Source: an uncultured Dehalococcoidia bacterium
GTDB taxonomy: Bacteria > Chloroflexota > Dehalococcoidia > Lucifugimonadales > JAAXIE01
Direction: 5' to 3'
DNA: 64,000 bases
Assembly (NCBI GenBank): GCA_951813255.1
Contig: OX638353.1
Span: 3,084,782 to 3,148,781, forward strand
This document shows positions 52,737 to 62,351 of this stretch, piece by piece (position 1 is the stretch's first letter; each line of letters begins with the position of its first letter). The notes beneath the pieces are model-generated. The model was not told the DNA's origin. It saw only the letters and a list, made by a program, of their open reading frames with translations, and made no database searches. Made by a program: the position numbers and the translations under genes.

Positions 52737-53582
52737 CTAGTGGGAAGCGGTGAATTCCAGTATCCAGTCACGCACTCTCTGGGGCGTCTGCTCGGGTACG
52801 GTGTAGTCCTTGTAGTCCACGTTGGGCAGGCACTCTTCGAGGTAGCGGGCTGCTGAGGTAGCGTGGAAGGGGTCGTGACCGGGGATGACGATGGCGGGGA
52901 TGTCCATCCCCATCAGCTCTTCGGGTTCGCCTCCGGGGGAAGTGTCGCGGTCGTATAGCTTGCGCTGGGTGGCCATGACCGCGGCAGAGTAGAGGTCCAC
53001 GTCCTGGGCTAGGAAACCCTCGGTGAATGCCTCGTCCCGGGATATGACCGTGGCCCAAGGGCCTGCCTCGGGCGCGACGTTGAATCCGCCCTTTTCCTTG
53101 GCTACCTCCACCACACCCTGCAAGCCCTTCTCGCGAACGCAGGCTAGGTGCGCGCCGAAGTTGCGTTCGCCGTACTGGCGCCAGCGGACGCCACCGGTGG
53201 GCCAGTGGAGCACCAAGCCACGAGTGGTCTCGGGGTAGCGCAGGCCGAAGGCTACTGCGAGGTTGCAGGCCATGCAGCCGCCCATGATGTAGGCTTGGGA
53301 GATACCCAGATGGTCGAGGAGGCCCTTGGCTTGAACGCAGTATTGGTCCCAGCCCAGAGCTTCCACGCGGCCGCCCGACTCACCTGCCTCGCGGCGGTCG
53401 TAGATGATGCAGGTATGGTTCTGGGTGAAGTGGTCGAGGGGTTCGATGGCGGTCCAGGCACCGAAAGTGCGCCAGTTGGCGAGCACGGAGTTGAATCCGC
53501 CGTGGGCCATCATGAGCATCGGAGGCCCTGACCCGTGGACCTCGTAGTGGGTGCTGATGCCGTCAATCTCAACGTGTGGCAT
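52737..53582 (-). CDS. alpha/beta hydrolase
   Basis: ATG 53582 with GGAGGA RBS (MPHVEIDGISTHYEVHGSGPPMLMMAHGG). Nucleophile-elbow-like GGCMA. The long ORF extends to 53714. Confidence 0.75.
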   Translation of the reverse strand: MPHVEIDGISTHYEVHGSGPPMLMMAHGGFNSVLANWRTFGAWTAIEPLDHFTQNHTCIIYDRREAGESGGRVEALGWDQYCVQAKGLLDHLGISQAYIMGGCMACNLAVAFGLRYPETTRGLVLHWPTGGVRWRQYGERNFGAHLACVREKGLQGVVEVAKEKGGFNVAPEAGPWATVISRDEAFTEGFLAQDVDLYSAAVMATQRKLYDRDTSPGGEPEELMGMDIPAIVIPGHDPFHATSAARYLEECLPNVDYKDYTVPEQTPQRVRDWILEFTASH

Positions 53583-53722
53583 TGGGAGTCCTCCAGCGTC
53601 TCTGTGGTTTAAGGCAGCCTGATATGCCGTTTGTGACGGAAGTATAGCACTAGGGCTATAATGCCTTTTTCCGGGACCGGATAGACCGTTATCTCCTTCC
53701 GTAGAGGTTCCCAAGGGAGGTT

Positions 53723-54769
53723 TTGGTGAGCAAGATTGCCATAATGGGTGCGGGGGCTCTGGGCTGTTATATCGGGGCCTTTTTCATTCGCGAGGGAATG
53801 GACGTCACGTTTCTCGACATGTGGCCTGAGCATGTGGAGACCTTGAGGCGGGACGGGTTGCGAGTCAGCGGCAGCCAGGGCGAGTTCTCTGTGCCTGCCA
53901 AGGCGTTACACCTCACGGATGCCCAAGGTATCGATGAACCCTTCGACATCGCATTCGTGGCTGTGAAGTCGTATGACACTGAGTGGGCGACTCACTTCAT
54001 CAAGCGGTACGTCAAGCCTGACGGGTATTTCGTGTCGGCGCAGAACAGCATGAACGACCAGACCATTGCTTCCATCGTTGGTTACCAGCGGGAGTTGGGG
54101 TGCATCGCTTCACACATTGAGGTGGCCCTCTGGGAGCCGGGGCACGTTACCCGTGGTGGGTCGGTGGGCCGTGACCATGGGCACGTGGTGTTCCGAGTGG
54201 GCGAGATGAACGGGCACATCAGCCCCCGAGCCCAGGAAGTGGCGGGTTGGCTGGACTGCATTGATGCTGCCAAGGCTACGAGCAACCTGTGGGGTGAGCG
54301 GTGGGCCAAGCTGGCGCAGAACAGCATTGGCAATGCGGTCTCGGCCATGTCGGGTCTGGGGTCGCAGGGCATGGCTGAGAGCCCGGATGCCCGTTCCGTC
54401 CGGATTCACATCGGCAAAGAGACAGTGCAGGTAGGCAAGGCACTGAACTATCAGATTGAGGAGATCAGCGGCATGGACCCGGACCTTTGGGGCGCAGCCG
54501 ATGACCCTGATGCGTTCAACCAACTGGATGAGATGCTGAAGGCACGGGGTGGCCGGGTGGACTGGCGAGCCTCGATGGCGCAGGACGTGGCCAAGAGGCG
54601 GCGCTCCGAGATTGACCATCTGAACGGGCTAGTGGCAGCCAAGGGGCGGGAAGCGGGCATTGCGACGCCGGTGAACGAGGCCACGGTAGACGTGATGCAC
54701 GATATCGACGCGGGACATGTCGAGCCAGATGCCAGTCTGCTGGACCGCTTGGTACAGGCGCAGCCGTAG
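53723..54769 (+). CDS. panE: 2-dehydropantoate 2-reductase (ketopantoate reductase, ApbA/PanE family)
   Basis: IAIMGAGALGCY Rossmann motif, VAVKSYD, 348 aa. GTG 53726 is the likelier start. Confidence 0.7.
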   Translation: MVSKIAIMGAGALGCYIGAFFIREGMDVTFLDMWPEHVETLRRDGLRVSGSQGEFSVPAKALHLTDAQGIDEPFDIAFVAVKSYDTEWATHFIKRYVKPDGYFVSAQNSMNDQTIASIVGYQRELGCIASHIEVALWEPGHVTRGGSVGRDHGHVVFRVGEMNGHISPRAQEVAGWLDCIDAAKATSNLWGERWAKLAQNSIGNAVSAMSGLGSQGMAESPDARSVRIHIGKETVQVGKALNYQIEEISGMDPDLWGAADDPDAFNQLDEMLKARGGRVDWRASMAQDVAKRRRSEIDHLNGLVAAKGREAGIATPVNEATVDVMHDIDAGHVEPDASLLDRLVQAQP

Positions 54770-54809
54770 TCCCATTACCGCAAATCCCACGTTAGGGCAG
54801 GAGCTACAG

Positions 54810-55298
54810 ATGATCGTCCACACCGAGCCCAAGGACTTCTTCATGTTCACGGTGCACTTCATCTTCAACCGGGAACATCCGGACGCTGAAGACGAAGGGG
54901 TTAAGGCTTACCTGGAGGAAAAGCAGCTATACCCCAAGCGTACCAGCAAGACTGAGCACCAAGGGTGGCCGGCAGACGTGTGGTCTTTCGGGGGCTGCTA
55001 CTTGGGGCGTCACCTGGGCGCCATTGGTGAGATGCAGCGGAAGACCGTGGAGCGAGAACTGGTGACTGCCCAAGTGGAGCGATTGGTGAGGCAGGAACCG
55101 CAACAGGAGATGCTATCGCTCACTGCCGGCATGTCGGAGCCTGACCTGCAGGGTCTGGTCGCGGGCTTGGTGGAGGAGTTTCACCAAGACTCGTCTTTTG
55201 GCCTCGACGACAAAGGGCAGCTTGTGCTGACGCTGGAAGACAGCGTCGTGGAGTCGCGCGCCAAGGAGTTGGTGGGACGTAGGGCTGGTTGTCGTTAG
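54810..55298 (+). CDS. hypothetical protein
   Basis: 162-aa ORF from ATG 54810. No motif recognised. Confidence 0.4.
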   Translation: MIVHTEPKDFFMFTVHFIFNREHPDAEDEGVKAYLEEKQLYPKRTSKTEHQGWPADVWSFGGCYLGRHLGAIGEMQRKTVERELVTAQVERLVRQEPQQEMLSLTAGMSEPDLQGLVAGLVEEFHQDSSFGLDDKGQLVLTLEDSVVESRAKELVGRRAGCR

Positions 55299-56158
55299 CC
55301 CTGAATGCCATTGGCGAAAGCGATAATTGCCTCGGCCAAGAGTTGCGGGCGCTGTAGCGGGATATCGTGGATGGATTCTTCCATCCACAAGACTTGGCAG
55401 TCCTTCAGCAGGTCCTGTGCCATGCTCACCATCCTTACCTTAGAGTTGGTGAACAACGCCTCCCGGTCGCCCCTAGGCTCCCGCCATGCGGGTACTATCA
55501 GAACCGGTGCTTCCACTCTGCGGAATAGCTGGCTCGGTTTGTGCTCCCACAAAGCTCGAACGCACTGCATGTGATTTTCACGGGTCAGGTAAGGGCTTAC
55601 TTCGCCTGCGGGGCCGATGTGGAAGTTTGCCTGGAAGAACTCCTCGACCTCGGGGCACCACAGGGTCCCCAAGTCTCCTGCCTTGACGCGCTTCAGCAGG
55701 GCGTCCCAAGTGGTTCCGGTGAAGTCGGGCGGGGCCATCCGCAATTGGGCGTTGTCCCAGTTCATTCCCGGCATGCTGGCCACTTCGATGGTCCCACCGT
55801 CCACCATGATGATTCCTGCGGTGGAGTCGGGGTGCTCGACGGCGTACTGGAGGACGACGTTTCCGCCCCAAGAGTGGCCAGCCAGCAGAGGGCGGTTCAA
55901 GCCGATATGCTCCGTGAAGGCTTGGAGGTCACTGCAGATGGACTGGAAATCGTAGCCGCGGTCGGGTCCTTCGGTCTGGCCGTGGCCCCGCTGGTCCAAG
56001 GCGTAAACTGTGAATCGCGATGTTAACTGTGGAGCAGTCAGATCCCAAATACGGCAGTTGGATGCCAAGCCGTGGAGCAGCACGAGCGGAGGGCCGTTGC
56101 CGCCCCAATCGCGGTAGTGGAAATTCAGGCCGCGTAGTGCCACTTGTTTGTCTTGCAC
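55295..56158 (-). CDS. alpha/beta hydrolase
   Basis: PPLVLLHGLASN and GHSWGG nucleophile elbow. Confidence 0.8.
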   Translation of the reverse strand: MQDKQVALRGLNFHYRDWGGNGPPLVLLHGLASNCRIWDLTAPQLTSRFTVYALDQRGHGQTEGPDRGYDFQSICSDLQAFTEHIGLNRPLLAGHSWGGNVVLQYAVEHPDSTAGIIMVDGGTIEVASMPGMNWDNAQLRMAPPDFTGTTWDALLKRVKAGDLGTLWCPEVEEFFQANFHIGPAGEVSPYLTRENHMQCVRALWEHKPSQLFRRVEAPVLIVPAWREPRGDREALFTNSKVRMVSMAQDLLKDCQVLWMEESIHDIPLQRPQLLAEAIIAFANGIQG

Positions 56159-56357
56159 CTAGCTACCTCTCGGTGATGTCGTAGTCAGAACGTGCTGTTG
56201 GGTCACCATCTCTAGTGGCCGCGTCTATATGGGCGCATACATTCGACAGGTGATGATGAACGCCAGGAACAGGATTCCGAAGAAGATGGCAAACACCAGA
56301 AACCAACGGTGTGCTTCCATTATCGCGCCCGATGGCTAGCTGGAAAAGAGGCTAGCA

Positions 56358-57152
56358 TCATGCATTCAGGAAGGCGGTGACTCGCTCGGTAAACTGCACT
56401 GGCTGTTCGAGCATCAAGAGGTGCCCCGCGCTTTCAAGGGTCTCCACCTGCGACCCGGGCAGGAGTCTCTGCAAGGCGGGGGCATATGCGGGAGAGATTA
56501 TCTTGTCCTGTGCGCCCCAGAGGATGAGTGTGGGGGCGTTCACACGGTAGAGTCGGCGCTTCAGGCCTTTATCGGGTATGGGCCAGAGGAACTTGCCCAC
56601 GGCGGAGAGTCCCGAAATCCGTTCCAGCGCGAGAATCGCGCGTGTCTCGTCGTTCTCTTCTTGGGAACGTGCTTCCTGCGCTGCCGGGCTGTCGGGATCG
56701 GCCCAGAGAGCATCGGAAAGATCCTTGGGGTTCATGCCGAAGAAGTCAGCCACCGGGGCCTCGTCCAACCAGAGGCCGGCAGCGCTGGCGAGCACGAGTT
56801 TATTCACGCGATGAGGGTCCAAGGCAGCCACCTCGGCGGCGGCCATGGCGCCTATGAAATGTCCTACAATGTGCGCCGAAGAAAGGCTGAGGGTATCCAT
56901 GAGCTCCATGTGGTAGAGGGCGAGGTCGGTGGTATCTTCCAGATATTCTATGCCTTGGGTCTCGCCGTAGCCGGGAAACCAAGGTGCGTATACGGTGAAG
57001 TCGTTAGCTAGTTGGTCGAGGAAGGAGGACCAACCACCTGCTGGTCCCAAGGCGCCGTGCAGGTAAAGGAGGGGTTCGCCTGAACCAGCCTTCAAGAGGC
57101 TGGTTGAGAAGCGCCCGCCTGCGAGGGAGAGAGTGAGCTTTTCTGGGACCAT
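56358..57152 (-). CDS. alpha/beta hydrolase
   Basis: EPLLYLHGALG, the elbow variant GHFIG, and a C-terminal GHLLMLEQP His motif. Confidence 0.75.
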   Translation of the reverse strand: MVPEKLTLSLAGGRFSTSLLKAGSGEPLLYLHGALGPAGGWSSFLDQLANDFTVYAPWFPGYGETQGIEYLEDTTDLALYHMELMDTLSLSSAHIVGHFIGAMAAAEVAALDPHRVNKLVLASAAGLWLDEAPVADFFGMNPKDLSDALWADPDSPAAQEARSQEENDETRAILALERISGLSAVGKFLWPIPDKGLKRRLYRVNAPTLILWGAQDKIISPAYAPALQRLLPGSQVETLESAGHLLMLEQPVQFTERVTAFLNA

Positions 57153-57161
57153 GCTCTTTCC

Positions 57162-58391
57162 CTAGCCGGTCTTGCCGGGCACAGATGGCTGACGTACGTG
57201 CTGCAGGGGTTGGGGCCACCAACGGTTGTCGTACTCTTCCCACAAGTCGCGCAGATATGGGAGGACTTCGGTGCCGAAGAGGTGGGTGTTCTTGAAGGCC
57301 CGTTCTCGTGGCATGTCGCCGAACTGAAGGAGGAGCATAAGGTTGCCAACCCTGAGCTCCTTGATGGCGTGGCGCAGTTCCTCACGCACGGTGGCGGGGC
57401 TACCTGCTATGACGTTGCCGGCGTCGATGAAGTCCTTCCAAGTGAACTCGGTATTCTGTTCGCGTCGTGCTGCCACCGTCGCTTGACTCAAGCCGCTGCG
57501 TACGCTGCGCTCGCTGCGATAGCCGGGGGCGCTAGCGTAGGACGCTGGGACGTGGAGGCACTTCTTGAAGAAGTACTCGATGTCGTCCTTGTACTCGTCG
57601 ATCTGGTTGTCCTGCTCTGAGACGGCGACCAACTGAAGGAAGCCAGCGTGGTAGGGGTTGAACTCCTTTTCGCGGCGGTCCAGTTCTTCCCAGAAGCCAT
57701 CGAGGACCATCTTGCCGACCTTGTAGCCCTGGTAGCTGAGGTAGCAATAGACGTAGTCGTAATCGATGGTGAAATCCCAAGTCTCCAGACTACCGGACCC
57801 GGGCACCCAGATGGGGGGATGGGGCTGCTGGTAGGGGCGGGGCCAGATATCGACGTACCGTGTCTGGGTGTGCTTGCCGTTGAAGGCGAAAGGCTTCCGC
57901 TCCGTCCACGCCTTAATCACCAAGTCGTGGGCTTCCAGGTATTTCTCTCGGAGGGTGGCAGGGACCTGGCCGTAGGCGAACACTGTGTCCATGGAGGTGC
58001 CGAGGGGGAAGCCGGCGATGAGACGCCCACCGCTCATGACGTCCAGCATGGCGAATTCTTCGGCCACGCGCGTCGGCGGATTGTATAAGGCCAAGCTGTT
58101 GCCAAGCACAACCATGGCTGCCTGGGATGTGCGTCGCACCATGGAGGCTGCCATCAGGTTGGGGGAGGGCATGAGCCCGTAGGCGTTGTTGTGGTGCTCG
58201 TTGACGCACAGCCCGTCGAAGCCCATGGTCTCGGCGTATTCAAGCTCATCGAGGTAGTCGTTGTAGAGTTCGTGCCCCTTGGCTGGGTCGAACAGGTCAT
58301 TGGGGACGTCCACCCAAACGCTGCCATACTGCTTCTCAAAATCGGGAGGGAGGAACTGATAGGGCATCAGGTGGAAAAAGCATAGCTTCAT
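57162..58391 (-). CDS. LLM-class flavin-dependent oxidoreductase
   Basis: 409 aa. MKLCFFHLMPY...YAETMGFDGLCVNEHH. Confidence 0.85.
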   Translation of the reverse strand: MKLCFFHLMPYQFLPPDFEKQYGSVWVDVPNDLFDPAKGHELYNDYLDELEYAETMGFDGLCVNEHHNNAYGLMPSPNLMAASMVRRTSQAAMVVLGNSLALYNPPTRVAEEFAMLDVMSGGRLIAGFPLGTSMDTVFAYGQVPATLREKYLEAHDLVIKAWTERKPFAFNGKHTQTRYVDIWPRPYQQPHPPIWVPGSGSLETWDFTIDYDYVYCYLSYQGYKVGKMVLDGFWEELDRREKEFNPYHAGFLQLVAVSEQDNQIDEYKDDIEYFFKKCLHVPASYASAPGYRSERSVRSGLSQATVAARREQNTEFTWKDFIDAGNVIAGSPATVREELRHAIKELRVGNLMLLLQFGDMPRERAFKNTHLFGTEVLPYLRDLWEEYDNRWWPQPLQHVRQPSVPGKTG

Positions 58392-58586
58392 GGCGGGCTT
58401 CCCCCTTCCGGGGCGGGTTGAGTTGCGACAGGTGGGATTCTACACCTTAGGGGATGTTTGGAGCGAGGGGATTAGACAATTTGGCGGCTTAGCATTATCG
58501 GACTCAACACCGTCTATCGTGGGATGAGGGGACGCGTTCGCGTCCATTAGCCGGGACCCGGTATGGGCTCAGACCTTGGCGGGGCC

Positions 58587-59276
58587 TTACTCCTGCCCCA
58601 CAGGTGGGGCCTTGGGGAGTGACAGCGCCCCGAGCAGGAGAAGGCCGCTTCCGACCAGTGTCAGCGCGAGGGCACCTTCCGTGGGGGTCATGGCGTTGCT
58701 AGTGCATGTGCCGCGTATGTCATGGACTGAAAGGCTCTGGGAGGAGCGGAACGTACTGCCAGAGCGTTGGATGTTGGGCTCGCGCTCCTCCCAATAGTAC
58801 TGGCCTCCTTCATCTGTTGTAAGCACCCAACATCTGGCATCTTGACTCATATTCAATGCAAGCAGTGAGACGCCGACCATTGCTGCCGCGACTATGGCGC
58901 CTACCGTGAGAAATGGAAGTCCGGCAGTCCCGGGCGGGAGCATGTACCCACGAGCCGCTGCCGCCCCCAAGAGAAGAACGGAAGGAACGAACAGGAGTCC
59001 CACGGAGAAGATGGCAACGAAGGTGAGGGCCATCGACAAAAGGACTGCTGCAAGGAGTAGCGGGCCTTCAGCACTACTCCCAGGCCGAAGCCAAACGTAA
59101 CCAGCGATGAAGGCGGGAGACATGAGGGCCAATCCCAATGCCAACCGACCAAGGGCTTCGGGTACCAAGGGGCCGCCCCAATCGTTGATGATAGGGATAG
59201 CGATGGCGACTACAGCAGGGACGCCAGCTGCGATGGCGGCAACGAGTGCGAGCCAGTTGCGGCGGTAGTTTGTCAT
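58587..59276 (-). CDS. hypothetical polytopic membrane protein
   Basis: 229 aa with about 5-6 hydrophobic helices, a Trp/Glu-containing loop and a final TM segment. Confidence 0.5.
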   Translation of the reverse strand: MTNYRRNWLALVAAIAAGVPAVVAIAIPIINDWGGPLVPEALGRLALGLALMSPAFIAGYVWLRPGSSAEGPLLLAAVLLSMALTFVAIFSVGLLFVPSVLLLGAAAARGYMLPPGTAGLPFLTVGAIVAAAMVGVSLLALNMSQDARCWVLTTDEGGQYYWEEREPNIQRSGSTFRSSQSLSVHDIRGTCTSNAMTPTEGALALTLVGSGLLLLGALSLPKAPPVGQE

Positions 59277-59291
59277 TAGGAAGGGAACAGG

Positions 59292-59366
59292 TGGAGCGGG
59301 CGATGGGGATCGAACCCACGACGGCTAGCTTGGAAGGCTAGCGCTCTACCACTGAGCTACACCCGC
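59292..59366 (-). tRNA. tRNA-Gly (anticodon UCC), CCA encoded
   Basis: The reverse complement GCGGGTGTAGCTCAGTGGTAGAGCGCTAGCCTTCCAAGCTAGCCGTCGTGGGTTCGATCCCCATCGCCCGCTCCA folds as a cloverleaf. The anticodon loop is CTTCCAA. Confidence 0.9.
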
Positions 59367-59436
59367 ATCGTTTCTATTTTAGGCGAGGGGGCCGCTCTTT
59401 TTCCAGACCGAGCGGCCCCGCTCTTTCGACCCTGGG

Positions 59437-61515
59437 CTAGAGGAGATTCCAGAGGCCTGCCCCATCCTGGACCTGTAGCAACACCGGCGCGAACACGAGG
59501 GATACGATGGCCATGAGCTTGAGCAGGATGTTCAACGAGGGGCCGGAGGTGTCCTTGAAAGGGTCGCCAACCAAGTCGCCTTCCACGGCGGCTTTGTGAG
59601 GCTCAGAACCCTTGCCTCCGAAGTGGCCCAACTCGATGTACTTCTTGGCGTTGTCCCAAGTGCCGCCAGAGTTGGCCATGGTGATAGCCAGGATGAACCC
59701 GGCTGCCACTGCTCCGATGAGGAGACCTCCCAAGGCTTCCGCTCCCAGCAGGAAACCCACCACCAGAGGGACTGAGACGGCCATGATGCCGGGCAGGACC
59801 ATTTCTCGCAGCGAGCCCCGGGTACTGAGGTCAACACACCTTGCATAATCGGGGCGCCCGGTGCCTTCCATGATGCCGGGTATCTCGCGAAACTGGCGAC
59901 GCACTTCGTTGACCATGTGGTAGGCTGCCCGGCCGACTGCTTTCATGGTCATGGAGGCGAAAAGGGAGGGGAGCATTGCACCGATGAGCAGGCCGACGAG
60001 GGTGGTGACGCTGAGCAGGTCCAGAACATCCAGGTCTACTGCCTGGGCATAGGCTGCCATCAGTGCCAGTGAGGTGAGAGCCGCCGACCCGATAGCGAAT
60101 CCCTTGCCGGTGGCAGCGGTGGTGTTGCCCAAGGCATCCAAGGCGTCGGTGCGCTGCCGTACTTCGGGGGCCAGTTGGGCCTGCTCGGCTATTCCTCCAG
60201 CATTGTCGGCCACGGGGCCGTAGGCGTCGGTGGCTAGGGTGATGCCTAGGGTGGAGAGCATCCCCACGCCCGCCATGGCCACGCCGTAGAAGTCAGCGAG
60301 AACGTAGGCCGCCAAGATTGCTCCGACGACCATGAGTAAGGGCAGCATCGTGCTCTGCATGCCCGATGCCAAGCCACTGATGATGGTGGTGGCGACACCG
60401 GTCTCCGCCGATTCGGCCACGTTCTTGGTGGGGCCATAGTCGTAGGAAGTGTAGTACTCGGTGCCCACGCCGATTATGACGCCCGCTCCGAGGCCGGCGA
60501 CGATACACCAGAAGATGTCGAAGTCGCTCACGTTTGGCGCGATGATGCCGTCCAAGTCGAGCCACCACACCACGAGGAAGGAGAAGACGAGCACCAAGAT
60601 GGCGGCGCCGAAAATTCCACGGCGCAGGGCCCACAAGAGCTCGCCGAAAGATGCCCGCTCACCGCTTCGGACGATGAAGGTGGCCAGCATAGAGGCCACG
60701 ATACCGCCTCCGGCGATGACCAGGGGCAGCAGGGCCACATGGCTCTTCCAGCCTGCGGTCAACCCGGCTGCGGCAACAGCCGTGCCAGCCAGGGCGATGG
60801 CTGCGATGATGGAGCCAACGTAGGACTCGAAGAGGTCGGCCCCCATGCCGGCAACGTCACCGACGTTGTCGCCGACGTTATCGGCGATGACGGCGGGGTT
60901 TCGCGGATCGTCTTCCGGTATGCCAGCTTCGACCTTGCCCACTAAGTCGGCTCCGACATCGGCTGCCTTGGTGTATATGCCCCCGCCCACCCTAGCGAAC
61001 AGGGCGATGGAGGATGCGCCGAAGCCGAACCCGACCACGTAGTTGATATCCTCATATACGAAGTAAAGGATGGTGACGCCCAACAGGCCGATGCCCACCA
61101 CGGTCATGCCCATCACTGCGCCACTGGAAAAGGCGACCCGCAGGGCAGGATTCAGGCCGCGCATGGCATTGGCTGCGGTGCGTCCGTTGGCACGGACAGC
61201 CACGCTCATGCCTATGAACCCGGCTGCGGCGGAACAGATAGTACCCGCCAGGTAGGCTATGGCAGTGCGGGGAATTATTTCGTCGTAGGAGTACCAGTCG
61301 ACCAGGACCCATATCGCAGCGAATACAAGCACTATGAAGGGGACCAGCACGAAGTACTCGCGCTTGAGGAAGGCGTACGCTCCCTCGCGGATGGCTTCGC
61401 CGATGCGTCGGATGTGGGCATTGCCCTCGTCCACCATCATGACACGCGCTGCCAGAGCAGCGGAGAAGGCCAAGGCTACGGCTCCACAGATTATGGCTAT
61501 AAGGATGGCGGTAAT
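59437..61515 (-). CDS. hppA: membrane-bound ion-translocating pyrophosphatase
   Basis: [65 protein letters not shown]. The 5' end is extended to an in-frame ATT at 61515 (see findings). The canonical-start ORF begins with TTG at 61473. Confidence 0.9.
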   Translation of the reverse strand: MTAILIAIICGAVALAFSAALAARVMMVDEGNAHIRRIGEAIREGAYAFLKREYFVLVPFIVLVFAAIWVLVDWYSYDEIIPRTAIAYLAGTICSAAAGFIGMSVAVRANGRTAANAMRGLNPALRVAFSSGAVMGMTVVGIGLLGVTILYFVYEDINYVVGFGFGASSIALFARVGGGIYTKAADVGADLVGKVEAGIPEDDPRNPAVIADNVGDNVGDVAGMGADLFESYVGSIIAAIALAGTAVAAAGLTAGWKSHVALLPLVIAGGGIVASMLATFIVRSGERASFGELLWALRRGIFGAAILVLVFSFLVVWWLDLDGIIAPNVSDFDIFWCIVAGLGAGVIIGVGTEYYTSYDYGPTKNVAESAETGVATTIISGLASGMQSTMLPLLMVVGAILAAYVLADFYGVAMAGVGMLSTLGITLATDAYGPVADNAGGIAEQAQLAPEVRQRTDALDALGNTTAATGKGFAIGSAALTSLALMAAYAQAVDLDVLDLLSVTTLVGLLIGAMLPSLFASMTMKAVGRAAYHMVNEVRRQFREIPGIMEGTGRPDYARCVDLSTRGSLREMVLPGIMAVSVPLVVGFLLGAEALGGLLIGAVAAGFILAITMANSGGTWDNAKKYIELGHFGGKGSEPHKAAVEGDLVGDPFKDTSGPSLNILLKLMAIVSLVFAPVLLQVQDGAGLWNLL

Positions 61516-61695
61516 TGCTTTACCTCCAGATTAAAGAACTAGGGTGCAGACAAAAAATCAGGCGCCCTTTGGGCACCTGTGGCTATGTACGGGGCTCATA
61601 ACATCAGTGTTGTCTGCGCCCCCACGGGCAACTGCGGAATCTAGCATGACGGCCGCAAGGTGTCAAGAATTCGTAATCCACGGAGGCGCGCCGGG

Positions 61696-62349
61696 TCAGG
61701 AGGACCCTTGGGATTTCTGCCACTCGGCAAGGCGGGCTTCTAGGTGGCTCTGTCTCATGGCCATGGTCAGATCGCCGCGGGTGCGCTCCAGGACGCCCCG
61801 CATGGCGTCGGTGGAGTGGCGCAGACCTCCGGTGACGCCTTCCGGGAAGTCCATAGTAACCAGCAGGGTGTATATCTCGTCCATGATGCCGAGGAAGGGC
61901 TCGCAATCGGCTGGGTCGTCGTGACGCAGGCGGTCGAGGATGAAACGGCGCAACTCGCCGATGGACTCGGCCATGCCGTTGAGGTAGGGGGCTGCGTCCA
62001 CTCCCAAATCGGCTGGATAAGGGAGAGGGGTACCGGAGATGAGGGCCAAGGTGATGTTGCCTTCGGTGTACTCTTTGCGAGCATCGGAGAGGAAGCCTGC
62101 GAAGTATATATCCGGGTTGTTTTCGAGTATGGGGGCAGTATCCGCCAACTGTTCCTGGGCCTCCTGAAGCAGGCGGCGTGCGGTGTCGAAGTCCAAGCGA
62201 TGTACTGCCCGGATGGCATTGGCGGAGAGGCGTATGACTCCGCGGGATATGCGCAGTCCTTCTTCGCGGGCCCTGTGCTTGGACGAGAGTTCGGCGTGGG
62301 CAATGGAAGCCACTTCGTCCAAGCCAGAGAGTCTGCCTGTTTCGGTCAC
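61696..62349 (-). CDS. translin family protein
   Basis: 217 aa, all helical. DARKEYTEG...YLNGMAESIGELRRF matches the translin QEYxEA...YLxGxxDxxGELxR pattern. Confidence 0.6.
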   Translation of the reverse strand: MTETGRLSGLDEVASIAHAELSSKHRAREEGLRISRGVIRLSANAIRAVHRLDFDTARRLLQEAQEQLADTAPILENNPDIYFAGFLSDARKEYTEGNITLALISGTPLPYPADLGVDAAPYLNGMAESIGELRRFILDRLRHDDPADCEPFLGIMDEIYTLLVTMDFPEGVTGGLRHSTDAMRGVLERTRGDLTMAMRQSHLEARLAEWQKSQGSS

Positions 62350-62351
62350 CC

